Source: an uncultured virus (IMG/VR IMGVR_UViG_3300042308_001600)
Lineage: Duplodnaviria; Heunggongvirae; Uroviricota; Caudoviricetes
Virus record (IMG/VR): IMGVR_UViG_3300042308_001600
Location: 1 to 64,000 of that record
Strand: one strand, 5' to 3'
DNA length: 64,000 bases
Made by a program: the position numbers and the translations under genes
Shown: one piece after another, positions 8,951-17,495 of the stretch
Layout: each line of letters opens with the position of its first letter
Position numbering within the stretch: the stretch's first letter is position 1
The notes under the pieces: generated by a model
The model's database searches: none
Told to the model about the DNA's origin: nothing
What the model saw: only the letters and a program-made list of their open reading frames with translations

Positions 8951-10014
8951 TACCAAGCTGCTTTCTTGACCGCACCAGGAACCGGTTTGGGTTCAGGATC
9001 CTTGGCTGGCTTCGCCGGGGGTTTGGCTGGAGCCTGCTTGGGCAGAGCCCTCAGGAACTTCGGGTTCAGGATCACCGGCCCCACGGGAGGCTTGGTGGAG
9101 GACACGGCAGCCACGGAAGGTACTGCTGCCGCACGTTTGAGAATATGGGTGCTGACCTGGATGTGGGCCACCTTGTTGCGCGGGTCGTCCGGATGTGGGT
9201 TGGCTGCTGCAAACGTTGGGTTGTCTTTCCGGTACTTGTCATTGATGGCAGTAGCGCGCGCCATCACGTCCTCGGGTTTCATGGAAGTAGCACTGCCGTT
9301 GAAGCCAGTTCCGGCTGTCAAATTCCCAACAGCGTTGTCCATCTGTTGTTGGTCCATCTGCTGGGGAGCTGTTGGACCTGCGACGAGGCCGCGATCCTGC
9401 AGGACACCAGGCCGAGTTCGTTCCGCGATCCCTTCCGGGCTGTCTGCTGGAAATGCCGTTTTGGCGTCCGGTCCTGGGGCGCCCGGTATCGTGGAAAACT
9501 CGTGACCAGAAGGAACCTGGGAGGGTGGAGGTGTTCCACCCGGAGCCGGAGGAGATGCGGCAGGCGGGACAGATGAGGTGTCACCCCCCAAGGCGGGGGC
9601 TGGTGGCGGCATTGTGGTCTTGGTTGGGTCGCCCAAAGCAGCAGGATATGAAGGTGACGGTGTACCTCCAGAGTCTCCAGCTCCCAGGGTTGACGGCGGG
9701 AGTGAACCCACAGGTGCCGCCGGCGGTGGTGTGCTGGTTGGAGTTCCACCGCCCCACGGGTCAGGAAGTGGAGCACCAGCACCTAATGGGGGAGGGGGTA
9801 AAGGGGGCAACGCACCCAAAGGAGCCTGTGGTGCCGGAGGTGGAGCCGAACCCAAAGGAGTCGCTGCTGGGGGTTTACTTGCACCCGGTGTCGCCGCTGG
9901 TGTCGTCGGCGCCGTCGCTGGATTTGAAGCCGCTGGGGCTGCCGCCGCAGTGGGGGCCTTGAAGGCACTCTCACCAACGCCAGCTTGTTTGTGGAACCAG
10001 GGGGCTAGACTCAT
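8947..10014 (-). CDS. Pro/Ala/Gly-rich KxA-motif protein
   Basis: FHKQAG at N-terminus, KVAHIQVSTHILKRA, C-terminal KKAAWY. Confidence 0.72.
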   Translation of the reverse strand: MSLAPWFHKQAGVGESAFKAPTAAAAPAASNPATAPTTPAATPGASKPPAATPLGSAPPPAPQAPLGALPPLPPPPLGAGAPLPDPWGGGTPTSTPPPAAPVGSLPPSTLGAGDSGGTPSPSYPAALGDPTKTTMPPPAPALGGDTSSVPPAASPPAPGGTPPPSQVPSGHEFSTIPGAPGPDAKTAFPADSPEGIAERTRPGVLQDRGLVAGPTAPQQMDQQQMDNAVGNLTAGTGFNGSATSMKPEDVMARATAINDKYRKDNPTFAAANPHPDDPRNKVAHIQVSTHILKRAAAVPSVAAVSSTKPPVGPVILNPKFLRALPKQAPAKPPAKPAKDPEPKPVPGAVKKAAWY

Positions 10015-10020
10015 ATGCGA

Positions 10021-10293
10021 CTACGTTGCCATTACTGTGCTGGGTACGTCAACCGGAGTTCCCACATAACCCAGGACAGCAACCCAGGGTCTGGTTGGAT
10101 CATCGAGCCCCTGCCGTTCAAATGCCTCCCGACAATCCTGCGCGTTGTGGAGCATGTAGGTGGCCTGCGCTTCCTCACAGTAATGCTGTAGCGGAAAGCA
10201 CCAGCACCCACCATGGGCCCAGTGGAAAGGTTCAGCCCCACCGACTGGTATGCGGTGCATCGCAGGAGATGTGGGTGATTGGCTGGCTTCCAT
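10021..10293 (-). CDS. small His/Cys-rich hypothetical protein
   Basis: H...CWCxP...HNAxDxRE pattern; start refined to ATG 10293 to avoid overlap with the PAS gene. Confidence 0.55.
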   Translation of the reverse strand: MEASQSPTSPAMHRIPVGGAEPFHWAHGGCWCFPLQHYCEEAQATYMLHNAQDCREAFERQGLDDPTRPWVAVLGYVGTPVDVPSTVMAT

Positions 10294-10336
10294 GTTGGAT
10301 AGGGTCACCATGCCTCCCTGTGTGCGCAACCAGAAT

Positions 10337-10942
10337 TCAGGGCGCCGACCCAGCCAGTTCAGTCGCGTGCGCCATGTGGTTCTGCCACGCTTCAAAGCAG
10401 TGGCTGATATCCAGCTCACCGGGCTTGTCGGCGGCAGAGAACCGTATACACAATCCGGTCATGTATCTGCCGCCCCCGTAGACCGCTCCACCTGCTCTCA
10501 GGAAGTACACGATGCCGTCCGTGCCCACCACCCGGAACACCGCCTGGTAAGAGCTTCGCGTCATGATCGCCCGCTGTAACGCTGCCATAACCATCGGCAC
10601 ATCCTCCTTGTACAGAGTCGAGACAAACTTGGCGGCCGGCTCGTCTGTCGCAGATCCGCGCCATTCCCAAATGCCGTCCACGTTCTCCCAGCCTGCCTTG
10701 CTGCAATGGAACAACTCGAACATGCGGTCATCCCATCTGAGGATGTTTTTTTCAATGTCCCAATACCACTGTCCCGCGCCTGCCCCACGCACAGCAGTTC
10801 TGAACTGCGCCGCGAGATGTTCTGAACGCTGCTGTTCGTAGAAGAACAGAATGGCCGCGCCCAGTGCCACAAATATCAGAGTGGCGTGAAGCAGTGACGC
10901 AAGGGAGTGCCGGCGGTTTGACATGCGATCGAGAATGCTCAT
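10337..10942 (-). CDS. membrane-anchored PAS-domain protein with no output domain
   Basis: N-terminal TM helix, then GQWYWD...WDDRMFELF...EDV...YQAVFRVV..DG.V.FL..G PAS/PAC signature. Confidence 0.82.
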   Translation of the reverse strand: MSILDRMSNRRHSLASLLHATLIFVALGAAILFFYEQQRSEHLAAQFRTAVRGAGAGQWYWDIEKNILRWDDRMFELFHCSKAGWENVDGIWEWRGSATDEPAAKFVSTLYKEDVPMVMAALQRAIMTRSSYQAVFRVVGTDGIVYFLRAGGAVYGGGRYMTGLCIRFSAADKPGELDISHCFEAWQNHMAHATELAGSAP

Positions 10943-11274
10943 TGGCCTTTTTTGGAGAGGAATTTGTTAACGAAGCTGGAGACGGCCATGCTGATCATGG
11001 CCAGGAGATCGAAGGCCTTGTAGCCCGCGAAGATCCCGATCCCACACAGAAAATAATTGAAGCCGTATTGTTCCACAAGCACCAATACGACACCACCAGC
11101 AGCGAGGCCGCCTGAAAGTAGGTAGGCCATCACGACGCGCGGTGTCAGAGGGCTCTCAGATCCCAGGAGAGCCGCCATAGCCGAGAGCGCCCCGAACGTC
11201 ATTGCGACGGCCAGGTAACCAAGATGCTGCGCATCAATATCAGTAGCAGAAGGAACAGAAGGGGGTAGGTCCAT
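10939..11274 (-). CDS. putative holin (three TM helices)
   Basis: 111 aa, three hydrophobic helices, GIFAGY motif, basic C-terminal tail (KFLSKK). Confidence 0.7.
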   Translation of the reverse strand: MDLPPSVPSATDIDAQHLGYLAVAMTFGALSAMAALLGSESPLTPRVVMAYLLSGGLAAGGVVLVLVEQYGFNYFLCGIGIFAGYKAFDLLAMISMAVSSFVNKFLSKKGQ

Positions 11275-11281
11275 GATGAGT

Positions 11282-11311
11282 ACTGTTACGCAGAGATGGT
11301 GAGCGGGTCAA
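11282..11311 (-). promoter_or_regulatory. sigma70-like promoter for holin-PAS unit
   Basis: TTGACC-18 bp-AACAGT ending 7 nt before ATG. Confidence 0.4.
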
Positions 11312-11334
11312 TGTTTGGCGTGCAACATCGTACT

Positions 11335-12024
11335 CTACCATTCCCGTACAGCTTGCTGGGCAGAGCGGAACAGATCCCCGTAGGCGCTAGGTGGCGCGTG
11401 TGGGATATTAGGCAGTACACTTCGGACACCCTGGACAGCAGGTGCTACAGCAGGTGCATAGGCGTGCCGAAGCCAAGTCCCTGGGCCCGTTGCCGCTGGA
11501 GCGCGACCAAGATTGTTCCACCAGTCAGCCACCCCGTTCCGACCAGCAATGTAAGTAGCGTTGCCGAGCAGCGCACGCTGCCCAGCTGGAACTGTTTCGG
11601 GGAGACCCATGATGGCTGTCCTGAGTGTGGTCCAGATTGGGGACTCGGCCAGGTCCTGTGTGTACTGTTTCAACGGTTGAAGTTTCTCATGCGGTGGGAG
11701 CAATTGGTTGGCATTCAGGGCCAAGTCCTTGACAGCTTCACGACCCTGCACAACACTAGCACCCAGACCATAGACGCCCGCACCTTGTGCTATCCGCTTC
11801 GGTACGTTCCACCAACCCTTGACTTGCGGGTTAAAACCGAGCTTCAGTACACGACGCGCGGCAGTACCGATCGAAGGTGCGAAGGTTTCACCTGCCGGGA
11901 CTCCTGCCCCGAAGCGAGCGCCTTGCTGGAGCGTCTTACCTGTTTGGGTCAAGACCTTCGAGACTCCATTTAGTGCCTTACCTAGAAGAGCTGTTGAGAC
12001 CTTGATGTGTGAGACTTTGCTCAT
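11335..12024 (-). CDS. Gly/Ala-rich protein with HIKVST motif
   Basis: start refined to ATG 12024 (ATGA overlap); MSKVSHIKVSTALLGKA. Confidence 0.7.
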   Translation of the reverse strand: MSKVSHIKVSTALLGKALNGVSKVLTQTGKTLQQGARFGAGVPAGETFAPSIGTAARRVLKLGFNPQVKGWWNVPKRIAQGAGVYGLGASVVQGREAVKDLALNANQLLPPHEKLQPLKQYTQDLAESPIWTTLRTAIMGLPETVPAGQRALLGNATYIAGRNGVADWWNNLGRAPAATGPGTWLRHAYAPAVAPAVQGVRSVLPNIPHAPPSAYGDLFRSAQQAVREW

Positions 12025-14726
12025 GGCGCCAGTTTCGGTATCCATTTATTGATCGCAGCGGCGTTCAAAGCATCTTCGATGGCGGTGTCGGCACCGTTAC
12101 CGCTCAGCATCCGCCAGTAGGTCCTCAAACCATCTGATAGCGGCACGGTGCCAATGGCACGCCCCATTGGGGAAGCATTCCAGCCCTGGCGTGGTGCGTC
12201 GGCGGCAGCCAGGACACCAAGCAACCCACCTGCTACCCCACCCCAACCAACTCCAGCACCAACAGAAGGTCGACGTTTCTTATCGCGCACACCGTGCCCG
12301 CGCAGCATCTGGATCAATCCACCAGCGGCTCCACCAAGTGCGGCACCGCCAAGCGGCATCGCAACGGCACGTTCGACTGTGGGAACAGCCCATGCTGCAT
12401 GCACAGCCGCTCTAGGATCTGAGCTTTGCGAAAGTACAGCAAGTTCCTTGAGAGCCGCCACAGTATCTGGTGTGGCGGCTTCGGAGTTTACGCCGAACAG
12501 TTTCAGAGCGTCTGGTAATGAAGTCTCCAGATTGGCCTGCTTGGTCACCTTGTTGTACAGATCTGCTGCCGTACCTTTTGCTGTTTGCCAACCACCCTGG
12601 AGACGGCGAAGCGTATCCGGGAGAGTGTTCTGGTCGGCCGATCCGAGTCCTGCACCTGCAGCGCCGCCGAGCAGTGTGAGCAGGATACGATTGCGCTTCT
12701 GTCTTTTGGCCTCCTCGGCAGAGACCCGCTTCTCGTCCTCGAAGTACTGGCCTACCATATTGCCCAGGAATGCACCACCAATGCCCCCAACATACGGGCG
12801 GCCTCCAGCAATCAACTTAGAGCCTGAGTCCATCAGCTTGCCGCCCAGCTCCTTGGAAGAATTCTCCAACTTCTCGAACGGCTCCTTGAAGTTCTTGGCA
12901 ATACTGTTCTCAGCCTTGTCCATCTTGGAATCGAGCTTGGTCGCGGTGCTGGTGAGTTTGCCTGTACCGGCTCGCAGGTTGTCAAGAGTACCAAACAGTT
13001 TATCACCACCAAGCAGCAGGGATGTCTTGCCGATGAGGCCTGTACTGGCACCCATTAAGGCCTTCGGGTTGTACCCAATGTTCCGGAGACCAGTAGCAGG
13101 ATCCGTGAACACCTTTTTGAGCATACGTTGCCGCGCGATTGGGTTGCCTGCCAACAGACCTAAGGCCGTATTGGCAATCAGGTTGTTCTTCTGCATGTCC
13201 GGTCCCATGTCCGTGAAACTGTTTTCAGCGAGACCAAGCCCCGCACCAGCTCCACCACCGATCAGCGTCTGTGCTACCTGATTACCAACACCCCCCTGAA
13301 ACGCGCCAGGAATAGGACCAGTGCCGATCATCCGCCGAACGTCAGCCAGATTCACGGCATCACGGATGCGAGGGAACTCAGCCATGAGCTCCGGGTGCTG
13401 CAGGGCAACGCGCTCGTACTCCCCTGGTCGCAGGTTGCCTCCGCCAGCTAGGAAGCTTCGGAGCTTCTCCGCGGCCGGCGCTGCAGTAGCCCCCTCAGTC
13501 GCACCGACCGCACCTGGTGTGCGGCTGAACATGCCCTTGAGAGCAGGAAGGACCCCCTTGAGATTGATGGCTTGCTTGGTCCAGGGGGCGGGTGTGAGGC
13601 TAGTGTGCATGATGGAAATATCTGAGCTTGGTAGAATGTTGACCAGCGAATTTGTGGCCTGCTTGTGGAAATCCTGGAACTGCTGCCCGGCCAGTGGCTT
13701 GGTCATGTCCCCTTTCTTTAGCCATGACTTGAACTGGGGTAGCGTCATGGGTGTGATGTCCCGGAAGCCGGTCCAGCCTTCCGAGTAGTTCTTGATGTAC
13801 AGCTCCTTCGCTTCAGCAACAGTACGGCAGCCTACGACGCACTTGTGTTCATCGAAGGTCTTGGTCTTCTGCTTGTTCTGGTCCACCACAAACACGATCT
13901 CGCTCTCGGGATGTGGACCCATGAAGACATCCATCTGGTCACCGGGTTCTGCGCTGGTGGTGCCCTTGATGTACCCGTAGGCATTCTTGAGCTTCACGGA
14001 CCACTCCGTCCCATCCTTATCGACCCCACGCCGCACTGCACCAGGGGCAGACTCGATCGTGATACCGAGACCCTTCCAGGAGAAGTGACCCTTCTGGTAC
14101 TGACCGTGCTCGATGGCCTTCAGGTCAGGGATTGTGACCTGCTTGTACGCAGCTGCGATACGGCTCCGAAGATCCTGGTCGTTGCTGGCATCCTTGTGCA
14201 TCTCCCGAAACATGGTCGACAGTGCTTTACCACCCAGCGTGGCCACCGCGATGGGGGCAGTCCGGAGTGCACTGTTCCAGCGGTGAGGATCCTGGTCCCG
14301 GTGCCACTGCGAAGGTTTGAAATTGGGACCGAACCCACGGGTCAAGAGGCGTCCTAGTGCTTCAGCACCCAGACCTGTCCCGGTCCCGACTAGCCCACCG
14401 GCTGCCGAGAGCTGTGCCAGCCTACCAATGTCGGCATTATTCCGGTACATCTTGGGAGCCATGATGGCAGCCAGCACCCACGGCACACTCAAACCGAGCC
14501 CACCACCTAGCATGGCAGATGTACTGAAAGGTTGGTCCTGGTAGTGCCGCACCCTTGCTTCATCCACCAAAGCCTCCCGGTGCCTCTTGGATTCAGGACG
14601 GGCCGTCGCGGGGGCCTTCTCGAGCGGAGCAGGGTCCACGGCATCCTGGATCTTGCCTGCCGCCCGTTCGAGAACCGGGAGGGCACTCGAGGACTTGACG
14701 ATGGGTGGGGCGAGCAGGGACAACAT
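12021..14726 (-). CDS. KxA-punctuated polyprotein with inorganic-pyrophosphatase-like (InPase) domain and glycine-zipper segments
   Basis: KGH...ITIE..G..R.G...W...YGYI.GT....GD.MDVF...VVDQ...FDEHK...G...A...Y..NY..GW signature at ~13666-14187; several GGxxGxxxG helices. Confidence 0.8.
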   Translation of the reverse strand: MLSLLAPPIVKSSSALPVLERAAGKIQDAVDPAPLEKAPATARPESKRHREALVDEARVRHYQDQPFSTSAMLGGGLGLSVPWVLAAIMAPKMYRNNADIGRLAQLSAAGGLVGTGTGLGAEALGRLLTRGFGPNFKPSQWHRDQDPHRWNSALRTAPIAVATLGGKALSTMFREMHKDASNDQDLRSRIAAAYKQVTIPDLKAIEHGQYQKGHFSWKGLGITIESAPGAVRRGVDKDGTEWSVKLKNAYGYIKGTTSAEPGDQMDVFMGPHPESEIVFVVDQNKQKTKTFDEHKCVVGCRTVAEAKELYIKNYSEGWTGFRDITPMTLPQFKSWLKKGDMTKPLAGQQFQDFHKQATNSLVNILPSSDISIMHTSLTPAPWTKQAINLKGVLPALKGMFSRTPGAVGATEGATAAPAAEKLRSFLAGGGNLRPGEYERVALQHPELMAEFPRIRDAVNLADVRRMIGTGPIPGAFQGGVGNQVAQTLIGGGAGAGLGLAENSFTDMGPDMQKNNLIANTALGLLAGNPIARQRMLKKVFTDPATGLRNIGYNPKALMGASTGLIGKTSLLLGGDKLFGTLDNLRAGTGKLTSTATKLDSKMDKAENSIAKNFKEPFEKLENSSKELGGKLMDSGSKLIAGGRPYVGGIGGAFLGNMVGQYFEDEKRVSAEEAKRQKRNRILLTLLGGAAGAGLGSADQNTLPDTLRRLQGGWQTAKGTAADLYNKVTKQANLETSLPDALKLFGVNSEAATPDTVAALKELAVLSQSSDPRAAVHAAWAVPTVERAVAMPLGGAALGGAAGGLIQMLRGHGVRDKKRRPSVGAGVGWGGVAGGLLGVLAAADAPRQGWNASPMGRAIGTVPLSDGLRTYWRMLSGNGADTAIEDALNAAAINKWIPKLAP

Positions 14727-14734
14727 ATGCCCAA

Positions 14735-14763
14735 AACCTACCCACAGTCCCCCGCCCCTGCAA
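14735..14763 (-). promoter_or_regulatory. sigma70-like promoter
   Basis: TTGCAG-17 bp-TAGGTT ending 8 nt before ATG 14726. Confidence 0.5.
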
Positions 14764-14781
14764 CCTCGACGAGTGATAGCT

Positions 14782-14812
14782 AACGAAATCCAACCCCCGA
14801 AGGGGCTGGATC
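14782..14812 (-). terminator. intrinsic terminator closing the long small-gene array
   Basis: minus strand GATCCAGCCCC-TTCG-GGGGTTGGATT then TCGTT; cUUCGg tetraloop, G-U pairs only on the minus strand. Confidence 0.7.
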
Positions 14813-14826
14813 CGTTTCAGACTGAC

Positions 14827-15054
14827 TTACCGTAGGCGTGCCACGGCGCGTGCGTGATTCAGGCTCAACTGCCAGCACAACTTGTAATGTTCAGCGCGCA
14901 AATACTGCCAGTAGGCAAACAACAACAGGGTCAGGAACACCAGGGGGACTATGACGCAGAACAGGACCACGTTGATGGTCACGTAGTCCGTGCCGAATTG
15001 GGCGGCGAGCCAGTGGAGCCAGTCCACACAGGAATCGAAGATGCGTTGGATCAT
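14827..15054 (-). CDS. small membrane protein
   Basis: hydrophobic helix; ATGA overlap. Confidence 0.65.
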   Translation of the reverse strand: MIQRIFDSCVDWLHWLAAQFGTDYVTINVVLFCVIVPLVFLTLLLFAYWQYLRAEHYKLCWQLSLNHARAVARLR

Positions 15055-15422
15055 TTCGGGGGTAGTCCGGCAATCTGCCGAAGGGTAGCATCACACCTTT
15101 TGAGGATACCGAGGTTCGGACCCGCTCCACCATTGTCGAGCAAGCAGCGCACCTCCGCTGCAAGCTGGGACTGTGCATCAAGCAGACTTAGCAGCGCATC
15201 GTCAGATGTCTCTGGATGCGCCTTCAGGTAGTCCATGACCTGCGCGTACACGGAGGCTCGAGCTCCACCATTGATCCGCTGGGGTAACTCGACCAAGTCC
15301 ACATTCAAGAGCTCCCAGCGCCGCCGAGCATACAACCACCTGAACGTCTCCGTGTCAGGATACCCGGAGGCGCCGAAGCCCTCCAGGAGCTGCTCTTTCG
15401 TGAACTTGGATTCAGTAGCCAT
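15051..15422 (-). CDS. hypothetical protein
   Basis: part of the overlapping minus-strand array. Confidence 0.65.
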   Translation of the reverse strand: MATESKFTKEQLLEGFGASGYPDTETFRWLYARRRWELLNVDLVELPQRINGGARASVYAQVMDYLKAHPETSDDALLSLLDAQSQLAAEVRCLLDNGGAGPNLGILKRCDATLRQIAGLPPK

Positions 15423-15702
15423 AGTTGCGTCTCAGGAGTGACCTGATCTCGCGCTGCACTGACTCACGGTTACGCCCACCCAGATCCTTCTCGTCTGGAC
15501 CGCGTAGTTGTAACCGTACTGCCTCCTCGTCTTGGCTGTTCCGACACAGGGCCTGCATGATCGATGCCGCCAGGGTGTCTAAACTCTGTGCCTTTTGCTT
15601 CATCCGCTCCTTCGCGTTGATGATATCCTTCTGCTGTTGCGTCAGGACTCGCTTGGGTTTGGTCAGGTTAGGCATCTTTTTGAAGGTCTCTTCAGTGTCC
15701 AT
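15412..15702 (-). CDS. hypothetical protein
   Basis: part of the overlapping array. Confidence 0.6.
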   Translation of the reverse strand: MDTEETFKKMPNLTKPKRVLTQQQKDIINAKERMKQKAQSLDTLAASIMQALCRNSQDEEAVRLQLRGPDEKDLGGRNRESVQREIRSLLRRNYGY

Positions 15703-15949
15703 TTTGCGCTTTATCGAGTAGTGTCCGGATCTGCATATATGTTTCCTCTACCAACACCGTGTGGTTCCCGTAGCCTTGGTTGCCCCGGTACTCCACAGTC
15801 GTTCCCTCATGCCTGTGTCCAGACGCCGATACCGCACCAGCCTTGAAGGACATCAGATAGCGGGTGTTGACGACGAACTTCTTGCCAGGTTGGCGAAGAC
15901 CTTTGTCGTCATAACACAACCGGGTTAGTTCAATGAAGACAAGGTTCAT
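15692..15949 (-). CDS. hypothetical protein
   Basis: ATGA overlap with upstream gene. Confidence 0.65.
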   Translation of the reverse strand: MNLVFIELTRLCYDDKGLRQPGKKFVVNTRYLMSFKAGAVSASGHRHEGTTVEYRGNQGYGNHTVLVEETYMQIRTLLDKAQNGH

Positions 15950-16716
15950 GCCGAGAGCCCGATCTGGGCGTCAATGACACCATGCAGAGATCTCGTCCGT
16001 TTCGGCAGATCCTGCATGTTCGTGTCTTTCAGGACCTCAGTGTGGGCGTTGAAAAGACTCCAAGCAGTACGGGGCGCGAAAGCCTCGTGGCTGGGATGGC
16101 GCCACTCCTGCAAGACATGCTTCACATCCTGTCCACAAATCACCTTGGCATCCAGAGCCCGGATGATCGTGTCATGGGCGAGCGTGTCTGTGATCTCCCG
16201 GTCCTTGTACTGTTGGATACGATTGTCCATACCGATCCAGCTGGCATTCAGGTCGCCAGCAGCACGGGTAATCAGACGGGGCAGGTCCAGCGCAGCGTGC
16301 CGGGTGTGCTTGCGGGCAATCATGATCTCGCCCGAGAAGGCAAGGTTGTCGCAAGTGAAGACCCGAGACCCAAAGGCCAGGCCGGCCGAGAAGGCACGGT
16401 CATTGGCGTTCCGAAGAGCCACCATCCACTCGTAGTCCTGATGGACCTGCGCGCGCGGGTTCCGTACCGCCATGATCCCGAAGTACCGGTCCCCATCACG
16501 CGTGAGAGCGTGTACTTCATCCACGATCTCGATCCCGTCTGTGGTCAGACAGCGGCGGGTGTTCTCGACCAGTTCATGGTGCGGCAGCGGGTACCAGGTC
16601 TTGGTGTTCTCCGGCGTCTTGACGTTCCTAAGTTCCTGTACATCAACCTTGACGGCCCCGCAGTGGAGGATCAATGGGAGCGGCTTGCGCTCGGGTGCTT
16701 TAATGAGGGTGTCCAT
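15946..16716 (-). CDS. DUF932-like protein
   Basis: YPLPHHELV...RYFG...LRNANDR...G.RVFTCDNL...H...TAWSLFNAHTE pattern. Confidence 0.8.
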   Translation of the reverse strand: MDTLIKAPERKPLPLILHCGAVKVDVQELRNVKTPENTKTWYPLPHHELVENTRRCLTTDGIEIVDEVHALTRDGDRYFGIMAVRNPRAQVHQDYEWMVALRNANDRAFSAGLAFGSRVFTCDNLAFSGEIMIARKHTRHAALDLPRLITRAAGDLNASWIGMDNRIQQYKDREITDTLAHDTIIRALDAKVICGQDVKHVLQEWRHPSHEAFAPRTAWSLFNAHTEVLKDTNMQDLPKRTRSLHGVIDAQIGLSA

Positions 16717-16719
16717 ATT

Positions 16720-17028
16720 TCAACAGTTGCTGACTCTAAACCGTGATGTGTCTTTCTGGAGTGTGTCACACCAGAGCTGGCGCTGTGCGGCACGCACCCG
16801 CTGACGATCGACGTACTTTTCCAACACTTTGAAACCGTGGCGCATATCCACCGCATGCTCCCACCAACCTGCTGTGATGTACACGTGGTCGTCCGGCGTG
16901 CCTGGGCACGCCGCGCGTGCTACCACGACGGCGTGCCAGGTATTGCGCATATGCCGAACGTCGCTGCTGTCCGCTGAGGAGCAGACGCTGTCGCCGATTT
17001 CAAACTTGGGTTTCTTCGTCTTTGCCAT
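16720..17028 (-). CDS. hypothetical protein (SH3/KOW-like start)
   Basis: KPKFEIGDSV N-terminus. Confidence 0.55.
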   Translation of the reverse strand: MAKTKKPKFEIGDSVCSSADSSDVRHMRNTWHAVVVARAACPGTPDDHVYITAGWWEHAVDMRHGFKVLEKYVDRQRVRAAQRQLWCDTLQKDTSRFRVSNC

Positions 17029-17212
17029 TGTCGTCTTCAGTTGGTTCGCCCTCATCATAGCTGTAGTCACGGGCGATCCTGGCGCACAGCTCCAGCAGTT
17101 TGTCCCGGGCCTCGCTCTCTTCCTTGGTTTCCGTACGTTGATTCATATGCTCCTCACAGTCTCGCAGGTCCACGAGAGTGTTCTGGAATCGGCAGTATGA
17201 CATGTTAGCCAT
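17000..17212 (-). CDS. conserved phage-type hypothetical protein
   Basis: MANMSYCRFQNTLxDLxDC motif recalled from phage genomes. Confidence 0.7.
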   Translation of the reverse strand: MANMSYCRFQNTLVDLRDCEEHMNQRTETKEESEARDKLLELCARIARDYSYDEGEPTEDDNGKDEETQV

Positions 17213-17495
17213 TGTTGCGTTCCAGTTCTCTGACCTCCTGTGGGGTTGCACGGCGCAGGGGCTTGCTCTCATCCAGCACCTTGCAGAGCCCCTCGAAGGT
17301 CATGATTTTCGCGAACCGGCTCACTTGGAGAAGCTCATGTACTACATTGTGGCGGCGACACAAGAAGATCACGACATTGTCCCAAGCGTCCTCGATAGTA
17401 CGATCACGCGTCTCCCACTCCAAGGTGTTCATGGTGTTGGTGACCGTGTCCTGGAACAGAAATGTGAGCTGTTTTGGTGACCGCATGGTGTTCAT
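17205..17495 (-). CDS. hypothetical protein
   Basis: ATGA overlap. Confidence 0.6.
   Translation of the reverse strand: MNTMRSPKQLTFLFQDTVTNTMNTLEWETRDRTIEDAWDNVVIFLCRRHNVVHELLQVSRFAKIMTFEGLCKVLDESKPLRRATPQEVRELERNNG

Noticed and set aside
12148..13281. Long plus-strand ORFs (also 22825-23997, 38502-39551, 53518-54453, 59153-60208 and others)
   Set aside because: Antisense shadows of well-supported minus-strand genes in GC-rich DNA; no motifs.
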